Positions 1 to 10,325 are shown, numbered from the stretch's first letter. The stretch: 32,000 bases of DNA from Candidatus Heimdallarchaeota archaeon (GCA_030149205.1 JASBSB010000001.1:300001-332000); one strand, 5' to 3'. Made by a program: numbers and translations. The notes: generated by a model from the letters alone, not told the origin.

Positions 1-1
1 A

Positions 2-241
2 AGCATTAATTTCTTAATAATTGAACAATCCCAAAGTGATATCAACAAAATAAAATTATCCTCTGACGATAACACTGTCCTGATTTCAAATACAAACAAT
101 CCATCCTACTTAGAACAGCTAGATCATGATATTTTAGATAAGCTAAAACCAATTCTAATCTTCCATGCAACTACACTAAATGAATATGAGAAGGTTCTAT
201 ATGAGACCTTTTTCTTAATGTCTCAAATTTTTGAGGTATAA
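2..241 (+). CDS. 3' end of an unknown protein (partial, runs in from the left edge; 79 aa visible)
   Basis: The frame starting at position 2 is open (SINFLIIEQSQSDINKIK...YETFFLMSQIFEV) to TAA at 239-241. No recognisable motif. Confidence 0.6.
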   Translation, partial: SINFLIIEQSQSDINKIKLSSDDNTVLISNTNNPSYLEQLDHDILDKLKPILIFHATTLNEYEKVLYETFFLMSQIFEV

Positions 242-466
242 TTTATTATTTGACCACCCATGGTGGTGAAATTTTGATTTATAAAAAACAATTTTTTAAC
301 AAATGGCTTGAAATTGATAATCTTATGATATACAAAGGTAAAATTGTAGAAATTATCATTTTACATAATAAGGCTAATATAAGATTCGTCATCTATATAA
401 TTTATTGATTATCTTAGGATTTGTTGAACGAACAGGAATAATTTTGTTTAAGCTTGAGGGATCATC

Positions 467-3196
467 ATGAGAGCTGAGGATATCAACTACGATTTTCATA
501 CGCTTACCAAGGAATCAGCACTTGAAAAATTACAAACTGATGGAAAGGGATTAAAATCGGAAGAGGTAATTGCAAGAAGAGAAGTCTTTGGATATAACGA
601 ACTACAGCAAGAAAAGAAAGAAACGCTTCTAGGCCTGTTTGTTGATCAGTTTAAAGATATCTTGATTATAATTTTGATTATTGCAGCTGGGATAACAGCT
701 CTTTTGAATGAACCACAAGAAGCCATTTTAATCGTAGTCATACTAATCTTGAATGCAATATTAGGGGTATATCAGGAATGGAAAGCAGACAAGGCTATTG
801 AAGCACTTAAAAAGATGGTGACGCACAAATGTATAGTTCTGAGAGATAACGAAACAGTTGAGGTAGATTCGCATGATTTGGTACCGGGAGATGTGGTACT
901 CCTAGAACAGGGTCTCAGAGTACCTGCCGATGGAAGACTTATAGAGGTAAATAATCTAAGAACAGAAGAAGCACAATTAACGGGAGAAAGTCTGGAAGTG
1001 CAAAAATCTAGTTTTGCAACTGTTGAAAAAGATGCGCCATTAGGAAACAGGGTGAATCTAGTTTTTATGGGAACCCATGTTACCTTTGGGAAGGGAAAAA
1101 TGCTTGTCACTTCTACTGGAATGAATACAGAGATGGGGAAAATAGCAAGAGATGTTCAGTCAATTGGCAAAGATGTCACACCCACCCAAGTTAAGTTAGA
1201 AGCCTTTGGTAACAGGTTGGGTATGGCAATTATTGCTTTAATGATATTCATGGCAGTTTATGGGATATTAATAGCAAGAATTGAACCTTTGTCCATGTTC
1301 GAAATTGCGGTAAGTCTTGCGGTTGCTGCCATTCCTGAGGGTCTTCCTATAGTAGTAACTCTAGCCCTTGCATTGGGTGTACAACGGATGTCAAAAGAGA
1401 ATGCTATAGTCAAAAAACTTCCTGCTGTTGAAAGTTTAGGATCAGTGACAATAGTATGTACAGACAAGACAGGAACTCTAACAAAAAATGAAATGACAGT
1501 CCAAGAGGTTATCCTTTTAGAAGAAAAAACTCCGATATCAATGTCTGTTGAGGAGTTAAAGGAAAGAGTACATAATGGAAAATCAACAAAAAGTCTTAGG
1601 TTTCTAGTTGATGCGTTAACACTTTGTAACAACGCAAAAATGGAGAATGGGGAAACATTTGGTGACCCAACAGAACTTGCTCTCCTTCGTTTGACTGATC
1701 AAGTTAACTTGGATAGAGAGAAAATGAATTCTGAATTCAAAAGAATTGATGAAATTCCTTTCGACAGTGAAAGAAAAAGGATGACTGTAGTTGTCCAAAA
1801 CAATACGGATCAATCAAGGATTGCTTTTACTAAAGGAGCCCCAGAAGTTTTACTCAATATGGCGAAATACATTGACCTTGGGGATGGACCACAACCCTTG
1901 ACTCAAGATCATATTAATCAAGTTCAAAACCAGATTAACACATTAACAACAAAAGCTCTAAGAGTACTAGGTTTTGGGTACTATGAGCTAGTCCAGAGTA
2001 GTTATAACATCTATGAATTCGAAGAAAAATTAACTATAAATGGGTTTGTAGGAATGATAGACCCCCCAAAGGAAGGGGTAAAAGAGGCAGTCCAGAAATG
2101 TCACAGAGCTGGAATACGTGTGGTAATGGTAACTGGAGATCACAAAAATACAGCCACTGCTATTGGAAAGCAAATAGGAATTGTTACTGAAGAATCCAAA
2201 GTCATGACTGGACAGGAGATTGATAAGCTATCTGATTCTGAATTTGATGAAATAATAGAGGAAGTTGAGGCCTTTGCAAGAATCAACCCACAGCACAAGT
2301 TGAAAATTGTCAATGCTTTCAAAGCAAACGATGAGATTGTTGCAATGACCGGTGATGGAATAAATGATGCACCTGCCTTAAAAGGAGCAGATATTGGAAT
2401 TGCTATGGGTAGTGGTACTGATGTCACAAAAGAGACTGCAGATATGATCCTTGAAGATGACAACTTCACTACCATCGTAAAGGCAATTGAAGAGGGAAGG
2501 GGGATATATGACAATATGACAAAATTCATTCGTTACATGTTATCGAGCAATCTAGCAGAGATTGTAGTTATATTTTTGGCAATTGTCTTAACACTTCCAA
2601 CACCATTTAGTGCGACACAAATTTTGTGGATCAATTTAGTCACTGATGGTGTACCTGCCTTGGCGTTAGGATTAGACCCAGCTTCGAAAGGAATTATGGA
2701 TCGTAAGCCAAGAGACCCTAAAGAGAACCTTATTGCTCGTGATAGAATAAATCATATCCTATTATTTGGAAGTTACATAAGTTTAGTCACCCTCGGTTCA
2801 TATATTGTATTTTACGAGACAAACCTTTTTGGAACTTATATGAATTACGCTGTTGCAAGTACCATAGCATTTGCGATTATGTCGATGACACAATTTGCAC
2901 ACTCACTAAATGTTAGAGAAGATACTGCGTCAATTTTAGGGCACAGATTTTTTAAGAACAAAGTTTTGTTAATTACTGTCTTCATTTCAATTATTCTTCA
3001 AGTACTAGTAATAGAAGGAGACTACCTTTTAGGGTTAGTGGGATCAAATTCATCCATTTTCAACGGGTTATTCGGAACTGTTCATTTAACATTAAACCAG
3101 TGGTTGTATGTAAGTCTCATCTCAGCATCACTTGTTGTTTATGCAGAAATTTTAAAATGGATAAAACGTCATTCACATTTTCACTCCATTTGCTGA
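467..3196 (+). CDS. P-type ATPase, type IIA (SERCA-like Ca2+-transporting ATPase)
   Basis: TGES actuator motif, DKTGTLT phosphorylation site, KGAPE, TGD and GDGINDAPAL hinge. Ca2+-site motifs VAAIPEGL (M4), SSNLAE (M5) and LWINLVTDGVPA (M6). GAGG-like RBS upstream of the ATG. Confidence 0.93.
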   Translation: MRAEDINYDFHTLTKESALEKLQTDGKGLKSEEVIARREVFGYNELQQEKKETLLGLFVDQFKDILIIILIIAAGITALLNEPQEAILIVVILILNAILGVYQEWKADKAIEALKKMVTHKCIVLRDNETVEVDSHDLVPGDVVLLEQGLRVPADGRLIEVNNLRTEEAQLTGESLEVQKSSFATVEKDAPLGNRVNLVFMGTHVTFGKGKMLVTSTGMNTEMGKIARDVQSIGKDVTPTQVKLEAFGNRLGMAIIALMIFMAVYGILIARIEPLSMFEIAVSLAVAAIPEGLPIVVTLALALGVQRMSKENAIVKKLPAVESLGSVTIVCTDKTGTLTKNEMTVQEVILLEEKTPISMSVEELKERVHNGKSTKSLRFLVDALTLCNNAKMENGETFGDPTELALLRLTDQVNLDREKMNSEFKRIDEIPFDSERKRMTVVVQNNTDQSRIAFTKGAPEVLLNMAKYIDLGDGPQPLTQDHINQVQNQINTLTTKALRVLGFGYYELVQSSYNIYEFEEKLTINGFVGMIDPPKEGVKEAVQKCHRAGIRVVMVTGDHKNTATAIGKQIGIVTEESKVMTGQEIDKLSDSEFDEIIEEVEAFARINPQHKLKIVNAFKANDEIVAMTGDGINDAPALKGADIGIAMGSGTDVTKETADMILEDDNFTTIVKAIEEGRGIYDNMTKFIRYMLSSNLAEIVVIFLAIVLTLPTPFSATQILWINLVTDGVPALALGLDPASKGIMDRKPRDPKENLIARDRINHILLFGSYISLVTLGSYIVFYETNLFGTYMNYAVASTIAFAIMSMTQFAHSLNVREDTASILGHRFFKNKVLLITVFISIILQVLVIEGDYLLGLVGSNSSIFNGLFGTVHLTLNQWLYVSLISASLVVYAEILKWIKRHSHFHSIC

Positions 3197-3253
3197 AGAA
3201 AATTGTAGATTCTCATTAGCTATGAAGAAATTTTTATACAGAACAATTATATC

Positions 3254-5092
3254 ATGATTGAAGAAGTCTTTATGTTTCTTTTCAACCCAAACTCCCTAAG
3301 AACAAAAATCGAAAACAATGAACATAAGAGAGAAATTTATGTAGCGTTTTTGAGTATTTTTGTGGGAATTGGAAGTGGTCTTGGTGGAGTTCTATTTAGG
3401 TACAGTATAGAATGGGTTGCAAAATCCTTTAGTTTCATCTTTAATTTACTTCCTTTTCTTCCCAAAGAATTAAACACCATTTTATCTCCAGCTATTGGTG
3501 GGGTAATTGTCGCAATAATAATAATACTTGGAGGAAAGGATTCCAAAGGGCATGGCGTTCCTGAGGTGATTGATAGTGTCAACAACAAGAATGGAGTCAT
3601 GAAATACAGAGTTCCATTGGTGAAAATGATAGCATCAGCAGTAACTTTAGGGTCAGGTGGTTCAGCAGGAAGTGAAGGACCAATCGTCCAAATTGGAGGA
3701 GGAATCGGAAGTATTATCTCACAAACTTTGAAACTAAGACCAGAAGAGAGTAAAATCCTTGTAATAGCTGGAGCAGGTTCAGGGTTAGCAGCAATCTTCA
3801 GTGCACCTCTTGGAGGCTCTTTGTTTGGAATAGAAATCATAAGAAGGGACAAAAAAGTCTTTTCAATTTTTCCAGTTTTACTCGCTTCTGTCGTAAGTAC
3901 TACAATCAGTGAGTTGTTCCTAGGAGCACATCCACCCTTTCCTGTGCCTACAGTTAATCAGTTACCTCTTTCCGTCCTTCTAAACAATGTTCCCCTATTT
4001 ATAGGACTTGGATTACTGATTGGTATTTACTCTGTGATATGGATCCGTGGATTTGACTATATTGAAGACTTTTTTGATGGGATAAAAATGAATCCTATAC
4101 TATTAGCAGGAATAGGAGGTCTCTTAGTCGGAATTATTGAACTAATTGCCCCACAAATTAGTGGAGCACAAGAATATGTTCCAGTTCAAGATGCAATCAT
4201 CGGAAAATTCGGTCTTCAACTTATGGTCATTCTTTTGTTTGCTAAACTAATAGGAACCTCAATAACTATTGGATCAGGTGGTTCTGGAGGTATATTCTCA
4301 CCAACGATGTTCCAAGGTGTAATGATTGGAGGTGCCTATTATGTCTTATTGGGCCTCTTTAACCTTCTAGGCTTCCTGAATATACAAAAAGAGGTTTATC
4401 CAATTTTAGGTATGGCGGGAATGATTGGGGCTTCAACACGTGCACCTTTAACTGCGATTATAATGACAAGTGAAATGGTGAAAAACTTTTTTCTCTTTAT
4501 TCCATTAACTCTCACCGTAGTCACATCATGGGCTGTTAGCTCGGCCTTAGAAAATAACGACATGTATATTTATAAGCTCAGAAAATCAGGTCATTTCTTT
4601 GCAACTCCATTTGATTTATTAGAAGACATTCAGGTCAAAGACATCATGAGCACAGATTTAATTTCTGTCCACCCCAAAGACAGATTGGAACATGTTTTAA
4701 CACTTATGAAAGAAAGCAACCACACTGGATTTCCGGTGATTGCTGACAAAGATATCCTTGTAGGAATAATCACAGAGCATGATGTCTCTAAAGCCTTAGA
4801 CACACAAAATCTAAAGTCTTGGACTGTAGGACAAGTATGTACCAAAGAAGTGGTAACAGTGGTTCAAAACTGTCCTACATCTGTCGCATTCCAACTGATG
4901 GTGAAAGAACAAATCAACAGATTACCAGTGGTAGAAAGTATAGATGAAAAGAAGAAAATCGTTGGTTGGTTAACCAGAAGTGATATTATGAGAGCTTATC
5001 TCGTGAGTAAGAAAATTAAGAGGTTAACCGATCATGAAAAAGAACTATTCGACAAGTTTTCAATTTCTGATTCCTCTGCTTTCAATGATTAA
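3254..5092 (+). CDS. CLC-family chloride channel / Cl-/H+ antiporter with C-terminal CBS pair
   Basis: GHGVPE (GSGIPE-like), GGSAGSEGP with gating Glu, LFGIEII with proton Glu, GGIFSPT, many TM helices. C-terminal CBS repeats (VKDIMS...HTGFPV...VGIIT; INRLPVV...VGWLTRSDI). Confidence 0.93.
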   Translation: MIEEVFMFLFNPNSLRTKIENNEHKREIYVAFLSIFVGIGSGLGGVLFRYSIEWVAKSFSFIFNLLPFLPKELNTILSPAIGGVIVAIIIILGGKDSKGHGVPEVIDSVNNKNGVMKYRVPLVKMIASAVTLGSGGSAGSEGPIVQIGGGIGSIISQTLKLRPEESKILVIAGAGSGLAAIFSAPLGGSLFGIEIIRRDKKVFSIFPVLLASVVSTTISELFLGAHPPFPVPTVNQLPLSVLLNNVPLFIGLGLLIGIYSVIWIRGFDYIEDFFDGIKMNPILLAGIGGLLVGIIELIAPQISGAQEYVPVQDAIIGKFGLQLMVILLFAKLIGTSITIGSGGSGGIFSPTMFQGVMIGGAYYVLLGLFNLLGFLNIQKEVYPILGMAGMIGASTRAPLTAIIMTSEMVKNFFLFIPLTLTVVTSWAVSSALENNDMYIYKLRKSGHFFATPFDLLEDIQVKDIMSTDLISVHPKDRLEHVLTLMKESNHTGFPVIADKDILVGIITEHDVSKALDTQNLKSWTVGQVCTKEVVTVVQNCPTSVAFQLMVKEQINRLPVVESIDEKKKIVGWLTRSDIMRAYLVSKKIKRLTDHEKELFDKFSISDSSAFND

Positions 5093-5160
5093 GAATTTGA
5101 CTTGAACAAACAAAGTATATCACAAGTTTAAAATTCAGCGAACAAGAAGCAAACATAGAC

Positions 5161-6081
5161 GTGACACCAGAACCAAAATTTTCATATGGAGACCTCTCGA
5201 TTGTATCTAAAAAAAATGAGGTCTCTCCAATATTAACCTTGGAACTTTTAGAGAGGAACTACAAATCAATATCCTATTTAATCAATAAATCAATCTTATT
5301 TAAGGCAAGTTTGAAATCAAATAAAGACGAAAATTTAAACCATGAAGTTATGCTACTAGAGCAAATTTCCAATAAGGTAGCAAAACCTAAGTTACTAATT
5401 TATGACCAAGGTAAAGAATTAATTGATTTTGATTATGCATTGTATAAAATCCCAGGTGGAAAACCCTTATGTACATATTGGAATGGAGCAGATAAAAGTG
5501 AAAAATCTACCTATCTAAAAGGGGTTATCTCCATTCTAGAAAATTTAGCAGGCGAGCAGACTAAATTAAAAAGACCAGAAATTAGTTGGTATCAATTCAT
5601 TACACAAAAAACAAAAAGATTAACACATCAATTTATTAAAACAAAATGTAACGAAGATGTCAAACAGGGGGTAAAGAATTATCTCAGGGAAACAATTCCA
5701 ATATTCCGACAGAGTGAACAAATTTTGACATTTAAAGAATTTAAGTTAGACTACTTTTTAGCTGATGAGAGAGGAATCACTGGATTATTAAATTTAGACC
5801 AACTGGGATTTTATGCACCAGAGGCCCTATTAACAAATCTTTACAAATATGGAACCCCAGGCTTGACCTATATGAAAAGTAAATGTGTTCCAAACAAATC
5901 AAATATTGTTAGATATTTCATAAATAACCTCCCTTTTTTTAACACAGAAACTGATTATGCTTCAGTTATAAAATTCAATTTACTGGTAGAAGCCTTAGAA
6001 CAATATGTTAGAAAACCATCAAATAAAAGATTTTATGAATATTTACTTAGAGTATTTGAACACGATGTACAATTAAATTAA
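5161..6081 (+). CDS. Aminoglycoside phosphotransferase / choline kinase-fold protein with degenerate catalytic motifs
   Basis: The N-lobe pattern (LFK...NHEVMLLEQI..KVAKPKLLIYD...YALYKIPGGKPL) fits the APH fold. The HGDxxxxN and D(W/F)E positions read FKEFKLDY and NLD. GTG start. Confidence 0.55.
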   Translation: MTPEPKFSYGDLSIVSKKNEVSPILTLELLERNYKSISYLINKSILFKASLKSNKDENLNHEVMLLEQISNKVAKPKLLIYDQGKELIDFDYALYKIPGGKPLCTYWNGADKSEKSTYLKGVISILENLAGEQTKLKRPEISWYQFITQKTKRLTHQFIKTKCNEDVKQGVKNYLRETIPIFRQSEQILTFKEFKLDYFLADERGITGLLNLDQLGFYAPEALLTNLYKYGTPGLTYMKSKCVPNKSNIVRYFINNLPFFNTETDYASVIKFNLLVEALEQYVRKPSNKRFYEYLLRVFEHDVQLN

Positions 6082-6398
6082 CCCATTTCATACTGAATAC
6101 CAAAGGACCCTCGAGGGTTATGCCAAGAAACAGCACCTTGATCACACATAATATCACAAGTCCCGCATTCTACACAATCTTCATATTGAAAGACCATTTT
6201 TACTTCCCCATCAACTTCCATGAAATTAAAGCAACGAACTGGACATCCAGATATACACAAATGATGAGGGCATTTTTCACAAACTTCTGTATTGACTTTG
6301 ATATGAGCGTGTGTCTCATCATCAATGTTATAATTTAATACACCTAATTTATTCTTGATTGGCCCTATGTCATCATCCATGTCTGTAAAGTTACTCAT
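6078..6398 (-). CDS. fixX: FixX-type ferredoxin
   Basis: HIKV...CEKCPHHLCISGCP...CF and YEDCVECGTCDIMC motifs, W..PRG.FG tail. ATGA overlap with fixC. Confidence 0.88.
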   Translation of the reverse strand: MSNFTDMDDDIGPIKNKLGVLNYNIDDETHAHIKVNTEVCEKCPHHLCISGCPVRCFNFMEVDGEVKMVFQYEDCVECGTCDIMCDQGAVSWHNPRGSFGIQYEMG

Positions 6399-7705
6399 AA
6401 TCGCATCGCTCCTCTTGCATCTTTTAACAAGGTAAACAATCCCGCCCCATGTTCTTTGAGACTATTCAACATGGTTTTATATAAATGGTTTTTTGGTTGA
6501 TTCGTCTCAGAAAGAGCTCTTTTTAATCCTTCATTAATTGCTTTGGGATAAATTTTAAACAGATTCTTATTTTTGGTCATCTTATGAACCTTACTAAATT
6601 TCTTAAGATCCTTATAGATAAATGATGCTTCGATCATTTTGGTATATTCAATTAAGGAGAGTTCAGAGTAATCCTTCTTATCTAAAGCAGCTTTGGTTGC
6701 CTTTGCAGCCAGTAAACCACTTTTTATAGCATAGTTCATCCCTTGAATTACCAATCCATTGGAGAATATGAACCCAGCTGCATCTCCTCCTACCATATAA
6801 CCGTTGCCATGAATCCTTGTTAAAGTGTTTATACCACCTTCTGGAACTAGATGTGCACCATATTCCACATGATCCATTAGAACATCTCCCTTCCTTAGAA
6901 GCTTTGAGATATAAGGGTGTTCCTTAAATTTGTTAAATACCTCATATGACCTATCTTTGGTTCCAAGGGTGTCTAGATGAACTATGATCCCAAGGCTTAT
7001 ACTGTCATAATTTGTATAAAGGAATCCACCTGCTAATACCTCATTTGATTGGTTACCAAGGACAAATTCTCCAGCTACTCCTTCTTTGTCCTGTAAATTG
7101 AATCGTTCCTCCAAGGTTTCCCTATCTAAACTGATAACTTCCTTTACTCCAAGAGCGAATTTACTCTTTTCTTCAGATAGATTCTTACCTTTACGAATCC
7201 CCAATTCATGGGTCAGGCGGGAATTTGCCCCGTCCATTATAATGGTTACTGGAGCTCTTAATTCCTCTCCTGAAGAGATAATCCCTCTTACATAATTATC
7301 CTCAATAATTAAATTATCAACATTAATTCCCTCAAGAACAACCACTCCAGCTTTTTTTGCCTCTTCTGCAAGCCACGCATCGAAACGTGCTCGTAATACA
7401 ATTGAGCCCACATATGGCTTTTTTTCCCATTCAGGGAAGTGTAAATCAAGAACTGTGGCATCATTCTCAGAGAGGAATCCCACTTTTTTATTATAAACAA
7501 ATCGTTCAATCGGAGCTTCATCTTGCCAGTTAGGTAAGATTTCTGTTAAATCATTCCCCCAAAGAACCCCTCCTGAGAGGTTTTTGGAACCAACGGGGGA
7601 ACCCCGATCGACCAAGACCACTTTAACCCCAGCCTGTGCTAATTTGATTGAAGCAGCAATTCCACCAACTCCGCCTCCTACTACAATAACTTGGTATTCA
7701 TCCAT
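6395..7705 (-). CDS. fixC: FixC-type FAD-dependent ETF:quinone oxidoreductase
   Basis: VIVVGGGVGG FAD motif, DRG..VGSKNLSGG, LRARFDAWLA, LGVKEVI, GGFLYTN.DSISLG, EYGAHLVPEGG, VGGDAAG, GMNYAI. Translationally coupled to fixX. Confidence 0.9.
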   Translation of the reverse strand: MDEYQVIVVGGGVGGIAASIKLAQAGVKVVLVDRGSPVGSKNLSGGVLWGNDLTEILPNWQDEAPIERFVYNKKVGFLSENDATVLDLHFPEWEKKPYVGSIVLRARFDAWLAEEAKKAGVVVLEGINVDNLIIEDNYVRGIISSGEELRAPVTIIMDGANSRLTHELGIRKGKNLSEEKSKFALGVKEVISLDRETLEERFNLQDKEGVAGEFVLGNQSNEVLAGGFLYTNYDSISLGIIVHLDTLGTKDRSYEVFNKFKEHPYISKLLRKGDVLMDHVEYGAHLVPEGGINTLTRIHGNGYMVGGDAAGFIFSNGLVIQGMNYAIKSGLLAAKATKAALDKKDYSELSLIEYTKMIEASFIYKDLKKFSKVHKMTKNKNLFKIYPKAINEGLKRALSETNQPKNHLYKTMLNSLKEHGAGLFTLLKDARGAMRL

Positions 7706-7951
7706 ATTCTTCCTCTCTTTTCAGTCAAATATAGAGATTATCTTTTCTTTATAATTAAACCGATATTGATACACAAATTATTATATTTTCATATAACAAA
7801 TTAACAATTTCCCAAATTTATGTAAGGTATTTTCTTGTTTTGTGTAGTATGGCACATATTATGATCGTTATCAAAGAACAAAAGTGAAATATTGTGAACC
7901 AATATTATAATCTACAAACAAAGATAAATTATGATAAGAAATCTATAAGTA

Positions 7952-8698
7952 TTGAAATCTTACTATATTTCTTTATTGTCGTTGACACTCTTATTCAGTT
8001 TGTTTAGCAGTTCAATTGTTGTCACTGGATCGAGTACAAATCTCTTCTATTCGGTAATGAACACCTACAAGAGTGATGGAATTATTTCAAAGGGAGAGTA
8101 CCCCACCTTAATTAATATCCCGGATCAGAGGACTGGAACTATTTTTACAACTTTAGCATGGGGGCATAACTTAACTCATGTGTTTATTGGTATAATGACC
8201 ATTGGAACTGGATTTGTTGGTTTTGGAATGAATAAGGTTGGTCAAGGAATGGCTGGAGCTGAAATGATTATTGCAAGTGTGACTGGAGGTAAAATTGATA
8301 TCAATAATTACATAGGAACAGGACATGTTAAACCCACTTTAAGTTCCACCCAATATCAATCTTTAAGCAGCGCGAGTGGTTCTATCCAGAAGGGAAATGT
8401 GACGGTAGAATTTATTCTGCCTATGAAAGGGAACCAGGGAACATCAAGTCATGATTGGAAGGTTGGTCAAACTGAGGGCTTTTTTATAGCTGCTCACAAA
8501 ACAAGTACCCTAATAACTTACCATACCTGGCATTCTAACCTGTTATCAGTAAAAATTGAGGATAAAGGTGTAACACCTGCCTCACCGATTTTAAGTCTCA
8601 AGAACAATTCGCCTTTAATTTGGGGGTTGGTTTTGATATCACTAACAATAATGACATCAGTTAGGAAAAAACTCTTAAATAAAAACAGGATAAATTAA
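7952..8698 (+). CDS. Secreted, C-terminally membrane-anchored DOMON-domain protein (putative heme binding)
   Basis: N-terminal signal peptide. DGIISKGEY and G.VGFG....GMAGAEMII DOMON pattern, with candidate Met and His ligands (GM, GTGH, TYH). C-terminal TM followed by RKK. TTG start. Confidence 0.7.
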   Translation: MKSYYISLLSLTLLFSLFSSSIVVTGSSTNLFYSVMNTYKSDGIISKGEYPTLINIPDQRTGTIFTTLAWGHNLTHVFIGIMTIGTGFVGFGMNKVGQGMAGAEMIIASVTGGKIDINNYIGTGHVKPTLSSTQYQSLSSASGSIQKGNVTVEFILPMKGNQGTSSHDWKVGQTEGFFIAAHKTSTLITYHTWHSNLLSVKIEDKGVTPASPILSLKNNSPLIWGLVLISLTIMTSVRKKLLNKNRIN

Positions 8699-8717
8699 AT
8701 GTTGTGGGTGGTAATTT

Positions 8718-10325
8718 ATGAGTAGTATAACAGATGAGATAAACCAGTCTGTTACTCGTACCATTTTAATCATGCTTGCAATTCTGATAGGAACTGCGGT
8801 TGTTATCATTAAACAGCTTGAAAACTTATCATGGACGGATGCAATTTACTTCACAATTGTGACTATATCGACAGTTGGGTTTGGGGACATTTACCCAAAG
8901 CACCCCCTAACAAAAATTGTGGTCATAGTTTTAATTATTTCAGGAATTACCAGTATAGCTATCATTTCTCAGGCAATAGTTGACACTCTAATTAAAAACC
9001 GGTTACAAAAATTAGAGGAGTTACCTTCAAAGCCCTTGGAATTAAAAAATCATGTTGTTGTTGCAGGATATTCCTCCATTGGAAAGTTGTTAGTGAAACT
9101 TCTGAAACAAAGAGGATTTGAGGTGGTAGTGGTAGATATAAGAGAGCAACGATTCAGAGAAGCTACCATTTCAAACAAAAATACGATTAAAGGCGATATT
9201 TCAAGTGTTATATTACTATCTTTGTTAAGCTTGGAGCAATCTGCTGGAATATTTCTGACAATGGATAACGATAACTTGGTAATCAAAACCACTGTGGTTC
9301 TTAAAAATCTGTACCCTAACCTTCCGATCATTGCAGAAGTTGATTCATTAGAAGTTTTTAACATTCGTGATGTAATTGAACTTGATTATGCTGTGAGTGT
9401 CCAAAATGCAATAAAAAGAATTCTCGATGTTGATTTATTCCACCCCCCAATTCAACTTCTTTCTCCAGGGGTTGAAGAGGTTGACAAAGAGGGAAAATAC
9501 AAATTTTTTATGGTTCCTGATAAATTTATAATGGAAGACGTTTTTTCTGATTATTTAGAATTAGGAAGACTCAGTCTTAGAACCAGAAGTTTTTATCCAT
9601 CAAGTTCAGATAGCTTTGACATCAGATCAAATCGCAAAGTAATTGCCATACCCGTTGAGGATGTTATAAAGAACAGAGCATTGCTTGTACCTAAAAATGA
9701 AGAATTAGCTCATGAGAAGATAATTTTAGCTGGATTCCCAGAATATCTCGTCGAATTGATTGACAGTTATGATTTTGATAAACAAGATATATTGGTTCTA
9801 AGCAATTCTGAAATTGATTTTAAGAATGCTGAGGATCACAGATATAGGGCGATAAGATGGGACATATCACAGAGTAAAGAGATAACCAAACAATATGTAA
9901 CTGATAATTCTCTAATCGTTTTGACATGGGGAAATATTGCAGATTCGTTAGTATTAATTTCAACTGCTCATAAAGAGAAGAGCAATACTCACATTATTCA
10001 ATTAGCAGACCTTGATGAAGAAATAGAACCTTACATCCATTCTGGTGCAACAACGGTCATTTTACATAAGCATTTGATAGCAGGAAGACTCTTACAATCA
10101 TTTATTGCTCATCACCAACTTGCTTCATCAGTGATATTCTCAAATGGTCACCTTTTTGAAATTGATGTTGTAACTAACGATCAATATGAAGGAAAATCAA
10201 TAGAGGGTCTAGAAAAAGAGGGATTACAAATTCTAAGTTTGATCAGAAACGGAAAATCAATAGACTTTTATAAGAAATTCCGGTTAAAGGTTGAGGATGT
10301 TGCATTAGTCTTTATCGCTGACTAG
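8718..10325 (+). CDS. 2-TM potassium channel with tandem RCK (TrkA-N) domains and a TrkA-C tail
   Basis: Pore helix and filter AIYFTIVTISTVGFGDIYP, RCK1 NHVVVAGYSSIG, a second degenerate RCK (KIILAGF), TrkA-C-like GKSIEGL...ILSLIRNG. GGTGGT RBS. Confidence 0.88.
   Translation: MSSITDEINQSVTRTILIMLAILIGTAVVIIKQLENLSWTDAIYFTIVTISTVGFGDIYPKHPLTKIVVIVLIISGITSIAIISQAIVDTLIKNRLQKLEELPSKPLELKNHVVVAGYSSIGKLLVKLLKQRGFEVVVVDIREQRFREATISNKNTIKGDISSVILLSLLSLEQSAGIFLTMDNDNLVIKTTVVLKNLYPNLPIIAEVDSLEVFNIRDVIELDYAVSVQNAIKRILDVDLFHPPIQLLSPGVEEVDKEGKYKFFMVPDKFIMEDVFSDYLELGRLSLRTRSFYPSSSDSFDIRSNRKVIAIPVEDVIKNRALLVPKNEELAHEKIILAGFPEYLVELIDSYDFDKQDILVLSNSEIDFKNAEDHRYRAIRWDISQSKEITKQYVTDNSLIVLTWGNIADSLVLISTAHKEKSNTHIIQLADLDEEIEPYIHSGATTVILHKHLIAGRLLQSFIAHHQLASSVIFSNGHLFEIDVVTNDQYEGKSIEGLEKEGLQILSLIRNGKSIDFYKKFRLKVEDVALVFIAD

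Noticed and set aside
253-267. ACCACC-cat-GGTGGT hairpin just after the left-edge partial CDS
   Set aside because: Only a 6-bp stem with no clean U-tract, so too weak to call a terminator or mobile-element end.
250-408. 52-codon TTG-initiated ORF (MTTHGGEILIYKKQ...) in the first intergenic region
   Set aside because: No RBS or motif, composition mirrors AT-rich intergenic DNA, and it would cover the likely ATPase promoter region. Not supportable without homologues.
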